Numbered from the stretch's first letter, positions 28,470 to 45,423 are shown. The stretch: 64,000 nucleotides of DNA from Lama glama (GCA_028534125.1 CM052832.1:13394001-13458000); one strand, 5' to 3'. Program-made: numbers and translations. Notes: generated by a model not told the origin, from the sequence alone.

Positions 28470-30375
28470 ATTATCTATGTGGAAAAAATGGATTCCTACC
28501 TTACAATATACATAAAAATAAACTGTAGATGGAAAATAAAGCTTAAAAAATTTTAGAAGAAAATACAGGGCAACATCTTTATGACCTCAGAGTAAGGAAG
28601 GGTTTCTTAAATAACATACAAGAAGTACAAATCATAAAGGAAAACTTGGTGATTTTACTACTTTAAAGAAAAAAAAACCCCTGTATATTGAAAGACATAA
28701 GCAAATGAAAAGACAATCTACATGGTCCAGTCCAGCTACTTTGGAATTATCTTACAGTTGAAGTGTATTCTCTCCAACCCAGCAGTTCTAGCCCTATTCA
28801 GATACCCTGGAGAAACTCTTGCACCTCTGAACCAGGACACATGTATAAGGATGTTTATTGCATTTTCCTAATGGCAAAAAACTAGAAATAACCCAGTGTC
28901 CATCAAAATATTCTGGAACAGAATATTTTAGAGCAGTGAAAATAATTGAACTTAAAGCTACATATGACATCATGGATCAGTTTTAGAAACAAAACATTGA
29001 GAAGAGAAATCAAATAGAAGACTGCTTGTAGAATGATACCATTTTTTACAAAGCTTGGAAACAAAACTAAGATCTCAGTTTGAGAGACACAATATGGCAA
29101 GATTAAATTCCTTTTTAAAAGCAGAGGAATAATAAACGTAAAATTCAGCACAGAGGTTAGGAGGAGAGGCAGGAGGATGGACTGAGAGGTATACAGCTTG
29201 AATGGTATCAGTGATACATATTTTGGTTCATTTGGACTCTATTCATTTTATTATGCTTCATAATTTGGTAATTATACACTTTGGTGTATATAACAAATAT
29301 AACATCATTTAAAAAATCATAAAAAATGATAAGCCTCAGACTTGGAGAAGATACTTGCAGTACGTACAACTATAAAGGATTAATGTCCTGAATCAGGATT
29401 AAGGCCGTGGATTTATAAAGAATTCCTATGAATCAAAAGAAAAAACGTAGTACAACTTACAAAAACAAACAAATGGGCAAAGAATCTGAACAATAATTCA
29501 CACACAAAAGACTTGAATGGCAAATTAGCATATGAACATGCACTCAACCTTGCTAGAAATAAGGGAAATGCAAATTAAAATAGACAGATCCCATTTCATA
29601 TTCATCTGATTGGTAAAAATATAAGATTCTGACAAAGCCAAGTGTTGGTGAATGTAGAGCACCAGGAGCTCATCCCCACTCGGCATGTTTAAAACGTGTA
29701 ACCACCTTGGAGGACACCTGGAAGATGTCTGATTAAGTTGAAGATGCTCGTAACGCAAGATCCAGTGATATTACTTGCAGTAGATCCTCTAGAGAAGTTC
29801 TCACACCAGTGCCTAAGAGGTGTTACAAGAATGTTTATTTGGTTTTTCGTTTGTTTTGATGAAACACTGGCAGCAACACACGTGTACATTTACAGGAGAA
29901 TGGATAAGAAACATTGTGACATTTTTATAATGGGATAGTGTACAGCAGTGAAATGGGCTAACTAAAGCTACATGAATAAATCTCGAAATCATGAGAGTAA
30001 AAAAAGCAAGCTGTAGCATTGTATAATAACGCAGTAGGGTATGAGACTCTATTAAAAGCTGAAATAACCTGCCTCCTTAGCGCAGTAGGCAGCGCCTCAG
30101 TCTCATAAAAGCTGAAGTATACAAAAAGTAGTAAGTCATCTACGTGAATATCCATTGAAGCTCAGCACAGCAGCTTCGAGGTAGTTATGTCTTCGGAGGT
30201 GGGTAGGGATTCTGGCTTTCATCGATTTTGTAGTTTCGTATCTTAAAAAGACAAATGATCTGAGACAAAGGTGGCAGATTATTAACCCCTGTTTAGTATG
30301 AGTAATGGATACAAGGGTGTTGTATTATCTGTGCTTTTTCTTCCTGTATGTTTGTAGTATTTCATAGTATTTTAA
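28470..30375 (+). mobile_element. Cluster of old L1M (L1ME-like) 3' fragments
   Basis: A-rich decayed ORF2 end and 3' UTR motifs (aaatgggcaaagaatctgaaca, gaaatgcaaattaaaa, gccaagtgttggtg). Confidence 0.8.
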
Positions 30376-31028
30376 AAACACAACACAGGTGTAGTTTTTA
30401 ATTTTAGAAGTTATGTACAGTGGAAAGCATTTAGATTGGAGCCTTCCATGTGTAACCTCTCAAATGCTGAGCACAGGAAGGCTCTGGCCTTCCCCTAGTA
30501 CTGCAGTCCTGGTGTACGGGAGTGGATTACTTGAATTTAGAAAAACACTCCTTAGCTAAGAACTATTTACATACATTTTTTAGTTTGGTAAGTAAGCATT
30601 TATAAACCTTCGACCTGTAGGTTATAACTTTAGTTTTGGATAATAAAGCTTCCCTTAATGATTTTCCAAACGAAAAATATATATACTGCAAAGAAGGATG
30701 CTTTGGAGCAAGATGTTTAATTTCCAAATTGGGCTCTTCCACTTGTTCTGAGGCCTTGGGCAAAGCAGTTTTGGGCATGAGTGTTATCTGCAGTTGGGAA
30801 GATAAGGTCAGTCCTCTTTGCTAAGCTTTGTCATAGGCTCATAAATGTATAAAGGAACAGAGCATGACACGTCCTGGGTGCTCAGTCAGTTACGGGACTA
30901 GCTGCTCTGACAGAACCTGTGCCCTAGTGAACTGACACGGCTGTGTTCATTTGGGAAGTGCTCGGGCAAATCGGGCTTGCCATTCAGCTGCTGGGCTGTC
31001 CTGCTTATTTCGCTGGTGGTGCTCGTAG

Positions 31029-31331
<303 letters not shown>

Positions 31332-32183
31332 TGAAGTTTCCTAGGTAGAAAGCTCTGGGCCTTAAAATGGACACCACAGCTTTCTGGCTCACTGGCGCTC
31401 TGTGGTTGTTTTGCTGATTGTTTATTGTGTTTTTTTCCTACGTATTCGTCCTCTCCATCTCACAGCTCTTTTGTTCACTGGCATTTATTAAACATCCATT
31501 GTATAGAGAGCCTTAACGGGACTGTGTCACACACACTCTTGACTTACTTGCTGTCCCCTTTCTCAAAGCCTTCAAAGCTTGGTGCCCTCTAACTTCTCTC
31601 CCTCTTATTTGGATGGTGTATCTGTATTTGGGGGGCACGTCTACAGGGGTGGCCATATGCCCAAGAGCGCTGGAGTAAGTCTATCCATGGTGGTGCTGAG
31701 CGGGCCTGTGTGGATGACGGATGTGGCATCTGTCTGGCTGTGTTGTCTCGGGGACGTTGGAGGGAGGCCTGTGGAGGCAGATGTGACCTGTGTGCAGGGC
31801 AGGTGGAGTAATAGGGTATGTGACTGTTCATCCTCTCGCCTGTAGTTCTCAAGGGGAGGCGTGGTGGTCACTTTAAAACCTATGCTTTTTGTTATCCAAC
31901 TTGTTTGGTACATTATCTGTATAAGGATATTCCTAGAATGAAGTTGTTTCTTAATGATTCATCCTTGTATTCTTCTTTGGGCACAGTGGTTCCCGCATCT
32001 GCAGCTCTGCTACGTCCCCTTCCTTTCCCAGCTCCAGATGTTGGCTGGCTCCCTGGTGGTACCGGAAGTACAGCTTCACTTTGGGTTTAGGAGTTTGGGG
32101 GAAATGGAAAATTGGTTTGGATGTTTTGAGATGAGTGGAAATCCTATCCATGTCATGGAGGGAAGGACATATAGGATCACTAA

Positions 32184-32730
<547 letters not shown>

Positions 32731-33545
32731 TAGTTTGCCTAGGACTAATTTAGTAGGACTATTACTGGCAAGCCAAGTACGGGAACAGAGCTTCTTAGAA
32801 AGTCAGGGTCTTTTCCCGATTTCCATTCATGGTGAGGATCGGGACGTATGTTGAAGCCAGCAGTTATTTCCACAGTGAAGGGACCATCTAACAAGTGTGT
32901 TGGAGTTGCTTTTACCGAGGACACACCACCTTCTCTAGTGTTGGGGCCACCAGCAGGACTGTCCCTTCCCTTATGGTAGAGGCTGTCACTGGGAGGTAGA
33001 GAAGGAAGAAGGATGGGGTGGGGAGGGGAGCAGAGAGAATGAGATTGTGATGGCAAGGGTGGTAGTGGTACCGCCTGCCCTCTCCCAGACTTCCTTACTC
33101 AGCATCCGTTGGTTGCTAAACAGCAGATGAAGTTGTCATCTATGAATGTCAACATTCATAATTATGTTCTGATCTGCGTGTTTGTGATTTTTGCTTTTGC
33201 CTCTCTCGTGTCCATTTTTAGCCACTCTGCTCTTGGCACTTTTGGTAGAGGAAGGGCAGAGCCCTACACGAGGGGACACAGGTTGCTCCCCTTTTCAGCA
33301 GACAGGGGAGGCTGTCAGGGGGAGTGTGCTCTTTGCATTTTCACTTCTGATTATTCTTGTCGTCCTAACTATGAATAATTGTTACGTAACTTTTCATCAT
33401 AATTTTGTTTGGATGTAGTAGCTAGTGTGGTTGGTCAGCAGTCACAAGCTTCTCAGAGAAAATAAATGCTGCCTGCCCGCAGGCAGTCTCCCCATGGAGA
33501 CCAGGGGTCTTTTTGGAGAGACTTGATTCGTTGTGATCCATGTGA

Positions 33546-33824
<279 letters not shown>

Positions 33825-34157
33825 TGAGACCTTGTCAAAATTCAAAGTGAATACAAACTCTCATGTGTAGACTGCTCAACTGGGTGGGTAAATCCCAAAG
33901 ATTTGCTCTTTTGTTATTTATTAAATTAAAGCTTAGGTAACCTGAAATGAGAGAAATGGGAAAATAAAACTTTTTAAATATTGTGAAAAATATGAGGTTC
34001 AAAGAACATAGGACATCAAATGTAGACAATTCAATGTGAAAAACAACTTTTCCCAAATGGAAGCTGTAGTATGTTCTTCAGGATGTCAGGTCTTCAGTTC
34101 TGAGCAGAACATCAGGGCAAGGCAGTGAATCAATTCTCACATCTATTTCTTTCCCAG

Positions 34158-34288
34158 TGGCAACAAGTAATCACCCTGAGAGCGACTACAAGAACAAAGA
34201 CTGGGTCTTCATCAATTACACGTACAAGCGCTTTGAGGGCCTGACTGCGAGGGGGGCAATACCCTCCTACATGAAAGCAGCAAAATAG
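34158..34288 (+). CDS. STK38: STK38 exon 14 coding part (VATSNHPESDYKNKDWVFINYTYKRFEGLTARGAIPSYMKAAK*); hydrophobic motif with Thr444
   Basis: tttcccag acceptor, TAG stop 34286-34288; exon lengths sum to 1398 nt = 465 aa + stop. Confidence 0.98.
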
Positions 34289-36125
34289 TTTCCTTGAAAT
34301 GGAATTCTAAGTAGAGCAGACTTCCTTGTACAGCATCACGGTTTTTCATCTCACATGCTCTTTTGAAAGAGCTTCCAAGAAGCTTATGGAACCCACCACT
34401 GTGTCATGGTAAACTCTCCTGAAGTGCGACAGTAAGTGGGTTCCCTTCCATAGCACGTCTGCTGACCTGCAGAGCAGACACAACTCTCTCTGCTACATCG
34501 GCCGCAAACAGCTGTCCTGCTTCCTTAGAAGCATCATGAGCCAATTTGATTTTGTAAAAAAAACTTGAGTTTTCCTAAGTTCATCAGAACGAAGGGGGAA
34601 AAAACAGCCATCATCCACCATGACTTAGATTGTAACATATACTTATCGAACATCAGCCAACTCCTGTGATTTTTGTGACATGCTTTCTGCCAAGCCCACC
34701 AAGTATTTTTTTGTTTTTCTTTACAGCTTCAAAGAACTGAAACTTTAAAGTTCCAGAGTACTAAGGAAAAAAAGCAGTAACTCTTCAGCAGCCAGCCTCC
34801 TGGCTGAAGGAAGTGACCCACCCTCCCAGTGGGTGGTGATGGTAGTTTCTCCCCAGACCTCGGCCTCGGGCAAGTGGCTTTGTATAGCCTCCATTCATGG
34901 TGCACTTTATTTATGGTACTAGGATAAAGACCCTCAGTGCATTTTGATTATCTCCTCCAGCTCATCTGAAATACTCATGCTGCTTTTCTGAATGTTCATG
35001 GGAACGGATACCAGGTTGAGCCATTGTTGCTCTTAGAAGGTCCCCAAAGCCACTGGGCCTTGCCAAGGCGTTGTGGCCCTCGTGGAAAACCCCATTTCAT
35101 CCCACTGATGGATGTTGCTGTGGAACAGGAACTTTGTTCTTGGGAAGAGCCCAGGCAGAAGCAGGAGGCCTGGGACCCTCTTGGCTAAGGTGCTGCTCCT
35201 GCTCTGTCTCCAGAACCTCCTTGGAAGTGGTTGAAGGAACTGGCCCAGTACAAAGTGCAGAGCCAGCCTTCAAATCCTTGTAAAAGTTCACGCCTCAATC
35301 TTTGGTGCAACTGTATTTGTATTCGCTTGGTGTTTCTCCTTTTCCAACTTTGACCATTTTGCCTTGGAATCATGATTACAAATTTTTGCTTTGCAGATGC
35401 CTTCCCTAACGGATAGTCCTCTCCACCCTGAAGGGTCACCTGCAGGCTTGGGCTGACCAGGCCTCTCTACTGGAGTGTTCTCCTAAGAGAGAACCTCTTG
35501 AGTTTCAACACAAAGTGCCTTTTCTTTCACAGCTGCCACCGCCTTTAGAGGACTTTTGCTGCACCAGAAAACTGTGGAGGCTCCATATTAATGCATTATT
35601 ACTTTAAAATTTTTCGATAATTCTTACAGCATCATGTGCACTTGTGTAGTGACTTTGCCTGTTGCAGTGTCATGGCCATGCAACAACTGGGAGACTATTT
35701 TATTCCAGTCTTGAGGTTGTTACTATCAGCTAAGAAAGGAAAGTATGTCCCAGCTTGCCATTCAGAAAAGAGAAATGGAACATCAAATTTACAGTAGTAA
35801 GTGAGACTACTTTGGGTTTTAAAGTCTTAGAGGAAAAAAGAGTATTAGGGAAATATTAACTCTGGATGAAGGTAATGTTTGTCCCTTAATCTTTCATTCA
35901 TGGTTTGTTAGTGAAAAGGAAGTTATGTATTTCTTTGCATTACCAAATAGTTGAGGTCTTAACCTCCATGTGTTTTGCAAGAATGTGTGGTAAGCATGGG
36001 TAAAGAGAAGTAACAGGAGGGTGGCAGCCTGTGTGTTGGAGAGTGGCAGGGGATAATTTGTTTTAGGGGGAAATGCCCACTTTAACTTTTAAACTTCTGA
36101 ATAAACTGTGTGGAAAACGGTATAA
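34289..36125 (+). other. STK38: STK38 3' UTR (end approximate)
   Basis: Repeat-poor sequence from the stop codon to an AATAAA at 36100-36105. Confidence 0.7.
36100..36105 (+). terminator. Probable STK38 polyadenylation signal AATAAA
   Basis: Canonical hexamer about 1.8 kb after the stop, followed by a GT/T-rich element (tgatgtttt). Confidence 0.7.
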
Positions 36126-37539
36126 ACCTGATGTTTTAAAGGAAATGTGGCCTATAATTCAAAGAGGCTGAGTGCTGGTGGAACACTGTATTTAGGCCAA
36201 GTGCTTTACTGTCTCAGGGATGATGGTACCTGCTTTTTTGCTCCCTGAGAACAAGTCTTCTGAACTGGAGTCCATGTAGAGAGACTGCCTCTGGTTAGTG
36301 GTTCACATGGTTCAGTGTTACAGCACAGGGGGCACTCCTGTCATCAGTGCAATAAGGCCCAGAGAAGACCTGGTGACAAAAGTGCTGTCAACTGGCAGAC
36401 CCTTCTACAACTCTTTGTAGCCCAGCCCTGTTTTTTTTCAGCCTAGGGTTGGCCAGGAATCTCTCACGCTCCCAGGATGGGATTTCTCAGCTCCCTGTGC
36501 CCACCAGAGCAGGGTTCTGTCTCTGGATGCTGTGTGCATGAGGAGTCCCACTTCTTAGCCCCTTCTCTGGGTCAGGGAAAGGAACCTCAAGAGAGACGAG
36601 GAAGAACCAGGGTAGGAAGTGCAGGTCAGACAGAATGTATTCCTTCCAAGTTTCATGGGTTTCAGGAAACATGTTGGGAAGGAACTATATGGGCTCAGTG
36701 TTGGTCCTATTCGTAGATAACTGTTTCCTACTCTTTAAGGGGAGGTAGAATACAACAGAACTTCAACTACACTGCATACGTACTAAAAGGAAGCTGAATA
36801 CTGATGTCATTCAGCCTCTGATTCAGGAGTGCATCCAAATTTTCTTCAGTGCCTGTTTCTTTTTAGAATTACTTTCAAAAGTTAAAGGGTAATTCCTTGG
36901 GGATTAATATTCAGGCTCTGAATAGCAGATTGCTAATTAACACTCATCTATGTAGCATAATAGGAATCTTCTGCCACTGCCTGCTACTACTTTGAGTCAT
37001 TGCTTTGGAAAGCCTCTCTCTCTATTCCTTCCCCTTGCGTGGCACGTTAGTATCAGTTATCCCATGTACAAAACACGCTAGTAGTTTTTATAATCATTCC
37101 TCTGGCCACTGGTGTCCTCAGTGCCATATCCATTGGCTTCTCTTCAGCCCTCATGTTACTTGACCACCTACTGCACTCACACTGCTGACTTAAAAAAATC
37201 CACTCAAAATGCCTGTGCTCTTCAGAGCAATGCCTCTGCCTTCTCTTCATTCATGTGCTCTCCCCCCTGTACTGTGGCTTCAGCTGTATTTTTGTGGTGA
37301 GATTCGTAAAGTGACCAACCTTCCTAGATCCCACCGAAGAACTCTAGATCCCACTCTTCCCCCCATAGCCTTTTTTTCTAGCTCGTTCTATCCTCTGTCC
37401 AAGCCAGGAACTTCTTAATGGCTCCCAGTGGTAAGCACGCACACTTGTGGGGCATGGCCATCCAGCCTACCAGTGCCTCCATCATTCCTTGCTGAACCCG
37501 CTGCCGTGGGCTCTTAGCTGGCTTTGTCCCTGGTCCTTC

Positions 37540-37860
37540 CCCTAGATTTTTTTTCTTTTAAATTTCAAGTCTGATCATAGCATTCTCCTGCATAAGACTC
37601 TTAAGGCTCCCAATAGTTTATGTAAGAAGACCAAACACCTTTGAGGTATGAGAGTCCTTCTTTACTCTGGCTGCATCTCCACACCCCCATCCTCTTTCCT
37701 GAGAAAAGCAACTATCTCACCTTTGCATCTCTGCTTACATAGTCGAGCTGGCCTGGGATACCTCCTCCCCTGCTGACAGGTCCAAAACAACTAGTATCTG
37801 TCCTTCACAAGTTGGCTCCTGTGTCACTTCTAGAATCCTCTTGTGAATCCTCACAGTAAA
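37540..37860 (+). mobile_element. L2 LINE fragment in the intergenic gap
   Basis: tctgatcatagcattctcctgcataagactctt...cctttgca...gcctgggatacc...tccttcacaag...tgtcacttct resembles the L2 3' region. Confidence 0.55.
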
Positions 37861-38446
37861 AGCGGGCCACTCCATAGTTCTGGTGACCTGGACTATTTAT
37901 AGTTCCGTCTTTTACACATGATCATAAAAGCCCTTTGAAGGGAAGAACTGTGTCCTGGTTAGCATATGTCCCTGTGACCAAGCACTGCTGGCCATGTCTT
38001 CAGAGCATGTTCTTAACCTCTGTGCTGATAAAGGCAGGCCAGCTAGGGAGGCCCTGGCTTGCTTAGCACCCCTTGAAGTTGTCAGTATTACCAATAAGCG
38101 CGCAGGCCAAGTGACCTGAGGAGACATCTGAGTAGAGGACAGCCCATCAGAGACCACTCTGTCTCCTACCTGCTTTTCATCCCCGCTTCCTCACTTGCTT
38201 TAAACCAAAACTAGAACACAGAAGTTTGTGAGTCCTCTTACCTTTCAGATTGACATTTGGCTTTGCGGGGTCCTGTGTAGTTGGAGCTGAGAGTTCAAGG
38301 GGTCTTGAAGACAAGTTAACCAGAAACTCAAGAAGGCTGACCATGAGGGCTCTGGAACCTGTGAGTTGCAAGAAATTAGCAGGATGCGAAAAGCACACAC
38401 AGGCTCCCGGCGAGCCCTGCAGCTGCTGCAGGAAAAAAGACGACTT

Positions 38447-38478
38447 AATTTTAGTATATGTGCTGCTGAAGCGAGCAC
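38447..38478 (-). pseudogene. 3'-truncated (tailless) U6 snRNA retro-fragment, first 32 nt of U6
   Basis: Reverse complement GTGCTCGCTTCAGCAGCACATATACTAAAATT matches the U6 5' end (GTGCTCGCTTCGGCAGCACATATACTAAAATT) with one mismatch; similarity stops there. Confidence 0.9.
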
Positions 38479-38519
38479 AGAAGAGACTCTTCTGGGCAGT
38501 CTGGTGCTACTTTCAGTCC

Positions 38520-41500
38520 TTTTTAATACCTTGACTTCCAATTTTATTTTCTGCTAAAAAAAACAACATGGACACAAATGATAATTTTTATTATAGAAAA
38601 AGCATCCCAAATATAGGATTTCGTAAACACTGGTAGGTGAACAAGTGCAACTTTAAAAGTAATACAAAGTAAAGAGGCAAAACCTATAAGCATTTTGCCT
38701 TTAAGGAAATGTAATGTTCTCCTGCAGAGGTGATCCCACCCAGGGCATGAATGTGGCTCCATCGCCCATACAGGCAAGGCATCAGGTTTGCTTTCTGAAG
38801 TCATTATGCCCAGTTTAACAATTTCACGATGATGGCAAGAAGTGGCATTGAATAAATTGCGAACACCCCTTGATTCTTAACTTTATGTCGACTATTACTG
38901 GATAAAGTCTCCCCATTCCGCTCTGACAATTCAAAGCCTGTGCTGATTGCTTTTACTTACAGAACACCCGCTAGAACACTACTTGCAAATACATCCGTCC
39001 CCCCGGGCTTATTCCACAGTATGTCTATACACCTGCATACATTAGGCACCACGCTGTTCTCTTGGAATTTAGTTCAAAATAATATTGGCTATTGCATATT
39101 ATGCAGTAAGTCCAGTTACTTTCTAGCTTCCTTACACTTTTTGCTGTCATTCTTTTAATACCTTTCCCTCCACTGTGGAGGAACTATTAAGTAGTCTCAC
39201 CAGACACACTTTAACACTCTCCTTGCCTGCTCCCAACTCAATAGCAAATGTTTCCTAATCAACTATATGTGATACGCAGACACAAACTCAGATTCTAAAC
39301 CTGAAATTCAGGTTTATCTTGGCTTGCTGGGATAGATACCTCTGAATAAGATAAAATGGTTTTACCTAGATGCTTATGAAGATGTTTCTATATAAACAGC
39401 CTGGCTTACTTATTTAGGCACTTAGAAAAAACACCAAACCTGAGTTCCACCTTTATTAGAAACACCTCTTGCCCAGCTGGCCAGTAACTGACTCTGAAGG
39501 GAATGACTACAACCCAGCTCTTGTCCCTGTGAGAACTGAGAGGTCCTGCCACCGTGGAATGTCCTGACCTTGGGAACAGAGCAGCTGTGGCTGACAGGAG
39601 CCACCAAATTACAGGGATGCTGGGCTCCAGGCTGGGAGGGCATGGGGTGCAGAAGAAACCTCCCTCTCCACCAGAAGGAACCTGTGCACCCAGCTTCTCC
39701 CTCAGTCACCACCACCTGGTGACAGCGGCAGGTTTACCTCCACAGATTTCCAGCTCATGCAAACCCCAAGGGTTGGGGCCGAAAGCAGATCAACCCAATT
39801 CGGGGGGGAAAACACCTTAAGTTCTTTAAAGCCTAAGGAAAATCATTAACAGAACACAGTGTTAAATACATGCCATCCTTTCATACCTGGCTTTTTATCT
39901 AAGCAAGGACTAATTAGAGTGTTAGCTGAGGCATGTTACATATTAAATGTTAATATATAAGCTGTATAACAAAAATTACACACTTATCATAGACTACATA
40001 AAAGTTAACTCAAGTTTCCTTTGTGACGGTGTGGAAGTCAACCGAAAATCAGCATAAAGGAAGCACCATTCAACAAATATCTGGGCTGGTCAACTGCAAG
40101 TGAGTGTGAATGTAGTAACGGTAAAGTCAAAGCTAAACCTGACCTCAAATATGAGCCAATTCGTTTCACAGAAATAAAACTACCCCTCTGGCTACAAAAT
40201 AACACTAACCCTAAACCTTAACGCTGGCCCTCAGTCTTACAAATGGATGCCAGTGATAATCAGAATAATTCTGTAGGTGGGGGATAGCTCAGTTTAACCC
40301 CTTACGACTACTTTTTCTGAGTAAGTAACAGAGCGTTGATGTCCCCTGTGATGCTGGCCCTGGCCCTCTGCACAGAGAATACACTTCTTAAGAACATTCT
40401 TGCTCTTCCAGCCTGGAAAGAGTAGCTATCAACAACATCTGAATTTGCCTTTGGAGGACTGACTAGGGTAGTCAGAAAGTAGCATCAAGTAGCTCGCCCT
40501 ACGGTATCCCATGGAAATGAAATTTTTAAAAAAACAGTCATGCTCTTATTTTAAAGAACTTGAAGGAAACTATGTGCTGCTTTGTAATCTGTGATGAGTA
40601 AATGCTCAGAGTAGGTGACTGGAAAGCCAACCCTCTACCGTTAAATAGAAAATCTCAAGATACTTACATCTGGCTCTAGACTAAATTTAGCTCTGCTGTT
40701 AACAGCCATGGGGACATCACGGAAGGTGGTTCAGTACTGGGAGGAGTGGAGAGTGGTCTGGGCTGTCACACATTGTGCACTGTTAACACAGAGCTGACAG
40801 ACAATAAAATTACTAGGCCTAATTTCCCTTTAATGACATTAGTATGGTTTTCTTACCCAGTGTGAGTGGCTGACAGGCTATTTCAAAAATTAAAATATCC
40901 CACTATCTAAAAAAACTCCATAGTATGAAAAGAATATACAACAAAAAGTCCTGCACCAGAACAAAGCCCGGACAGGTGACATTTCCCTACCCAGATTCAC
41001 CCTCCATGCCATCCCCCACCCACCAAGCTCTTATTAATCTTTCCACTGAGAAACTGAGCACTGGTGAGAAAATTTTGCTCCTCTGGGAAGCTTTTAAAAG
41101 CCGTTATCTAAGGTCTCCTAGCCACAGCCACAGCCACAGCAGTGTGCTGCCCTAGGGGAAGACGTATGCTTCGTACCAGATTCTAAGCCAGGATAATCAA
41201 AGTGGCCTGAGTGGGAGTTTTTCTGTTTCAGTTGTAAATTTCATTCCAAGTGAATAAATCAGTTTGTTTAGGCTCAGAAACCTTGAAGCTAAAAAGGTTT
41301 CATAAACATTGTTAAGACATTCCTGTCAAAGAATCTGAAGTTTTGGATTGTTCACTGTAATAATGAAAAACAAAACTGAATTTAAGCTCTTAAGAATTTC
41401 CTTTTGGACATTTTGAATGAGAGCCTAGTTCTTCCCAGATGCAATCTGGGCACAGAGGCCACCAGGAATGGCATCTTCATTAACCTCTAATGGGCATCCC

Positions 41501-41945
41501 ATTCATACCTGCTTGTAGAAGACAGAGATTGTCTCCTTTTAAGTTTGGTCCCTTTGCTGCGAAGTAATTTGCCTGGTACAAAACAAAACAAAAGCCAAGA
41601 CAGCATGTAAAGGATGAGGACTGCTTTGCTGAGTATGAGGCAACAGGAGTCTTGACTTCCTTTCCTGCTTCTGCTGTTATGCAAAGACTCAGTGAACAGC
41701 ACCAGACCCAAAATTTTCAAGTTACCAGGGCCGCTGCAAAGCTGGTAGCTTAATTACCAGTGAGTGCTTTCTCGTCTCCTGCCAGAGGCACAGACTTAGT
41801 GAAAAGGACACACATTAATTACGGGAGAAAGGGAAAGGACTGGGGAGAAGCATGTCTCCTACTCAGGGTGAGACAAACCATGGGGAGGTCAGCTGTGGGC
41901 ATCGCAGACAGAGAAGCTCCGCAGAGGGGTGGCCCACAGCTGGCC
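38520..41945 (-). other. KCTD20: KCTD20 3' UTR (about 3.4 kb, end approximate)
   Basis: Repeat-poor sequence between the stop codon and the poly(A) signal cluster. Confidence 0.6.
38543..38548 (-). terminator. Probable KCTD20 polyadenylation signal AATAAA
   Basis: TTTATT on + at 38543-38548, a second copy at 38587-38592 and ATTAAA near 38522-38527, clustered at the end of the repeat-poor region. Confidence 0.55.
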
Positions 41946-42269
<324 letters not shown>

Positions 42270-43526
42270 CTAGCAAATCACTCACTCTGGCTTCTACACT
42301 CCCTCCTTCCCAAACACATCAACATGCTCCCAAGACTGAAGACGGTACATGATCTACTAGAGAAGTGCCCAGCCTCTGAACATGCCTTCCCAGCCCCGAC
42401 CACCTACATTCTTGCTTCCCTCCTGCTCAGGTTAGTAGGTCTTGTCCCTAGAAGAGAGTAACAACAATCCCTTCTAATGGAAAGGGGAGAGAAGCCTCTT
42501 ACCAATTTTGGAAGCGTTTATTTTACTGGCTTCAATACTATAAAATAAAAATCGGTATTGTGGTATGGGTACCAAGGTATGGCTACTCTAGTCCTCTAAT
42601 TCTGTTGCTTAGAGGGCATCCTGCATGAGAAGTAGTTAAGGATAAGTGGAATGTTTAAGCCTAAAGAAAAAACAGAAATGCTGCCTAAAATATCTGAAAG
42701 GCTGTCACATGGAAACGGGAGAAATTATTCAATAGCTGCACAGGCTAGAACCACACAGAAGACAGAAGGAGGAGGCTATCTGTTAGCTCTATGGAAGAAT
42801 GTCCTCATGGTAGGACAGTTTAATGGGCTGCTCTGGGAAATGGAGTGATCTCTCACTCCATCCCTGCAATTTCCAAAGAGACAAGGGAGGATACAGTAGG
42901 AAAAGATTTAATAGATGATCTCAAAAATCTCTTCCAACTTTAGTTTCCAACCTAAGTAAGACACAATGAAGGTCTGGTGGTTCTTTACGCAGGACTGAGA
43001 CAACTAGAGCAGCAAAACGCAAGGGTCAGAGACTCATGGAAGGGAGACCAGAATGGCTTCAGCACTCTGCAAGAATCAGTCTCTGAGACCCGTCCATGGA
43101 GACCACAGGCTGGAAGCCACTGTGGTGGCTCTAAGATCACTTAGAGCACTTCTGTCAATACATCTAGACATTCCTTGGAGGTATGTAGTGGAATAAATTT
43201 AAATTCTGAGTCTCCGGTTATAGTTTTCAGAAGGACCCTTCTAGGTCCCAGAAAGGTCCTCACCAAGACTGTTGGCAGAAAAGCTCTCCCACATGGGGAG
43301 CCCATGAGCCCATTTACCCACCAGTGTCCTTAGCCCTCACTGCTCTGTATTCTGAGGGAGTAAACTGGAACTTAGTCCTGAAGCTGCTTTAAAGCATTTT
43401 CAACTAGAAATAAAACGAAAAGGATATGTAAGGGTGAAGAAAAACAAAAACAGGAATCTTCAAACTTGGACAGGAATGTCATCTCCAAGTGGGCCTATTC
43501 TCTAGGCCCCTCGAAGCTGGGCTTTA

Positions 43527-44860
<1,334 letters not shown>

Positions 44861-45072
44861 GAAACAAATGGAGGGAAGAATGACACCACCACTTAATGTG
44901 CTGCTTCAGTGCTGACACAGTATGGGACACCAGGGGTAGCAGTGGGAAGTATAACAATGTTCACTATATCCCCAGCATGAAGCCTTGTATCACAGACTGA
45001 GCTGACGATCCAGGTGACCCAACTGACGGCTCACAGGCTCAACAATGATATTCACATTGGTTCTGGGATCTA

Positions 45073-45423
<351 letters not shown>

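Noticed and set aside
33011..33068. G-rich run as a G-quadruplex
   Set aside because: Only three closely spaced G tracts; the fourth is about 30 nt away.
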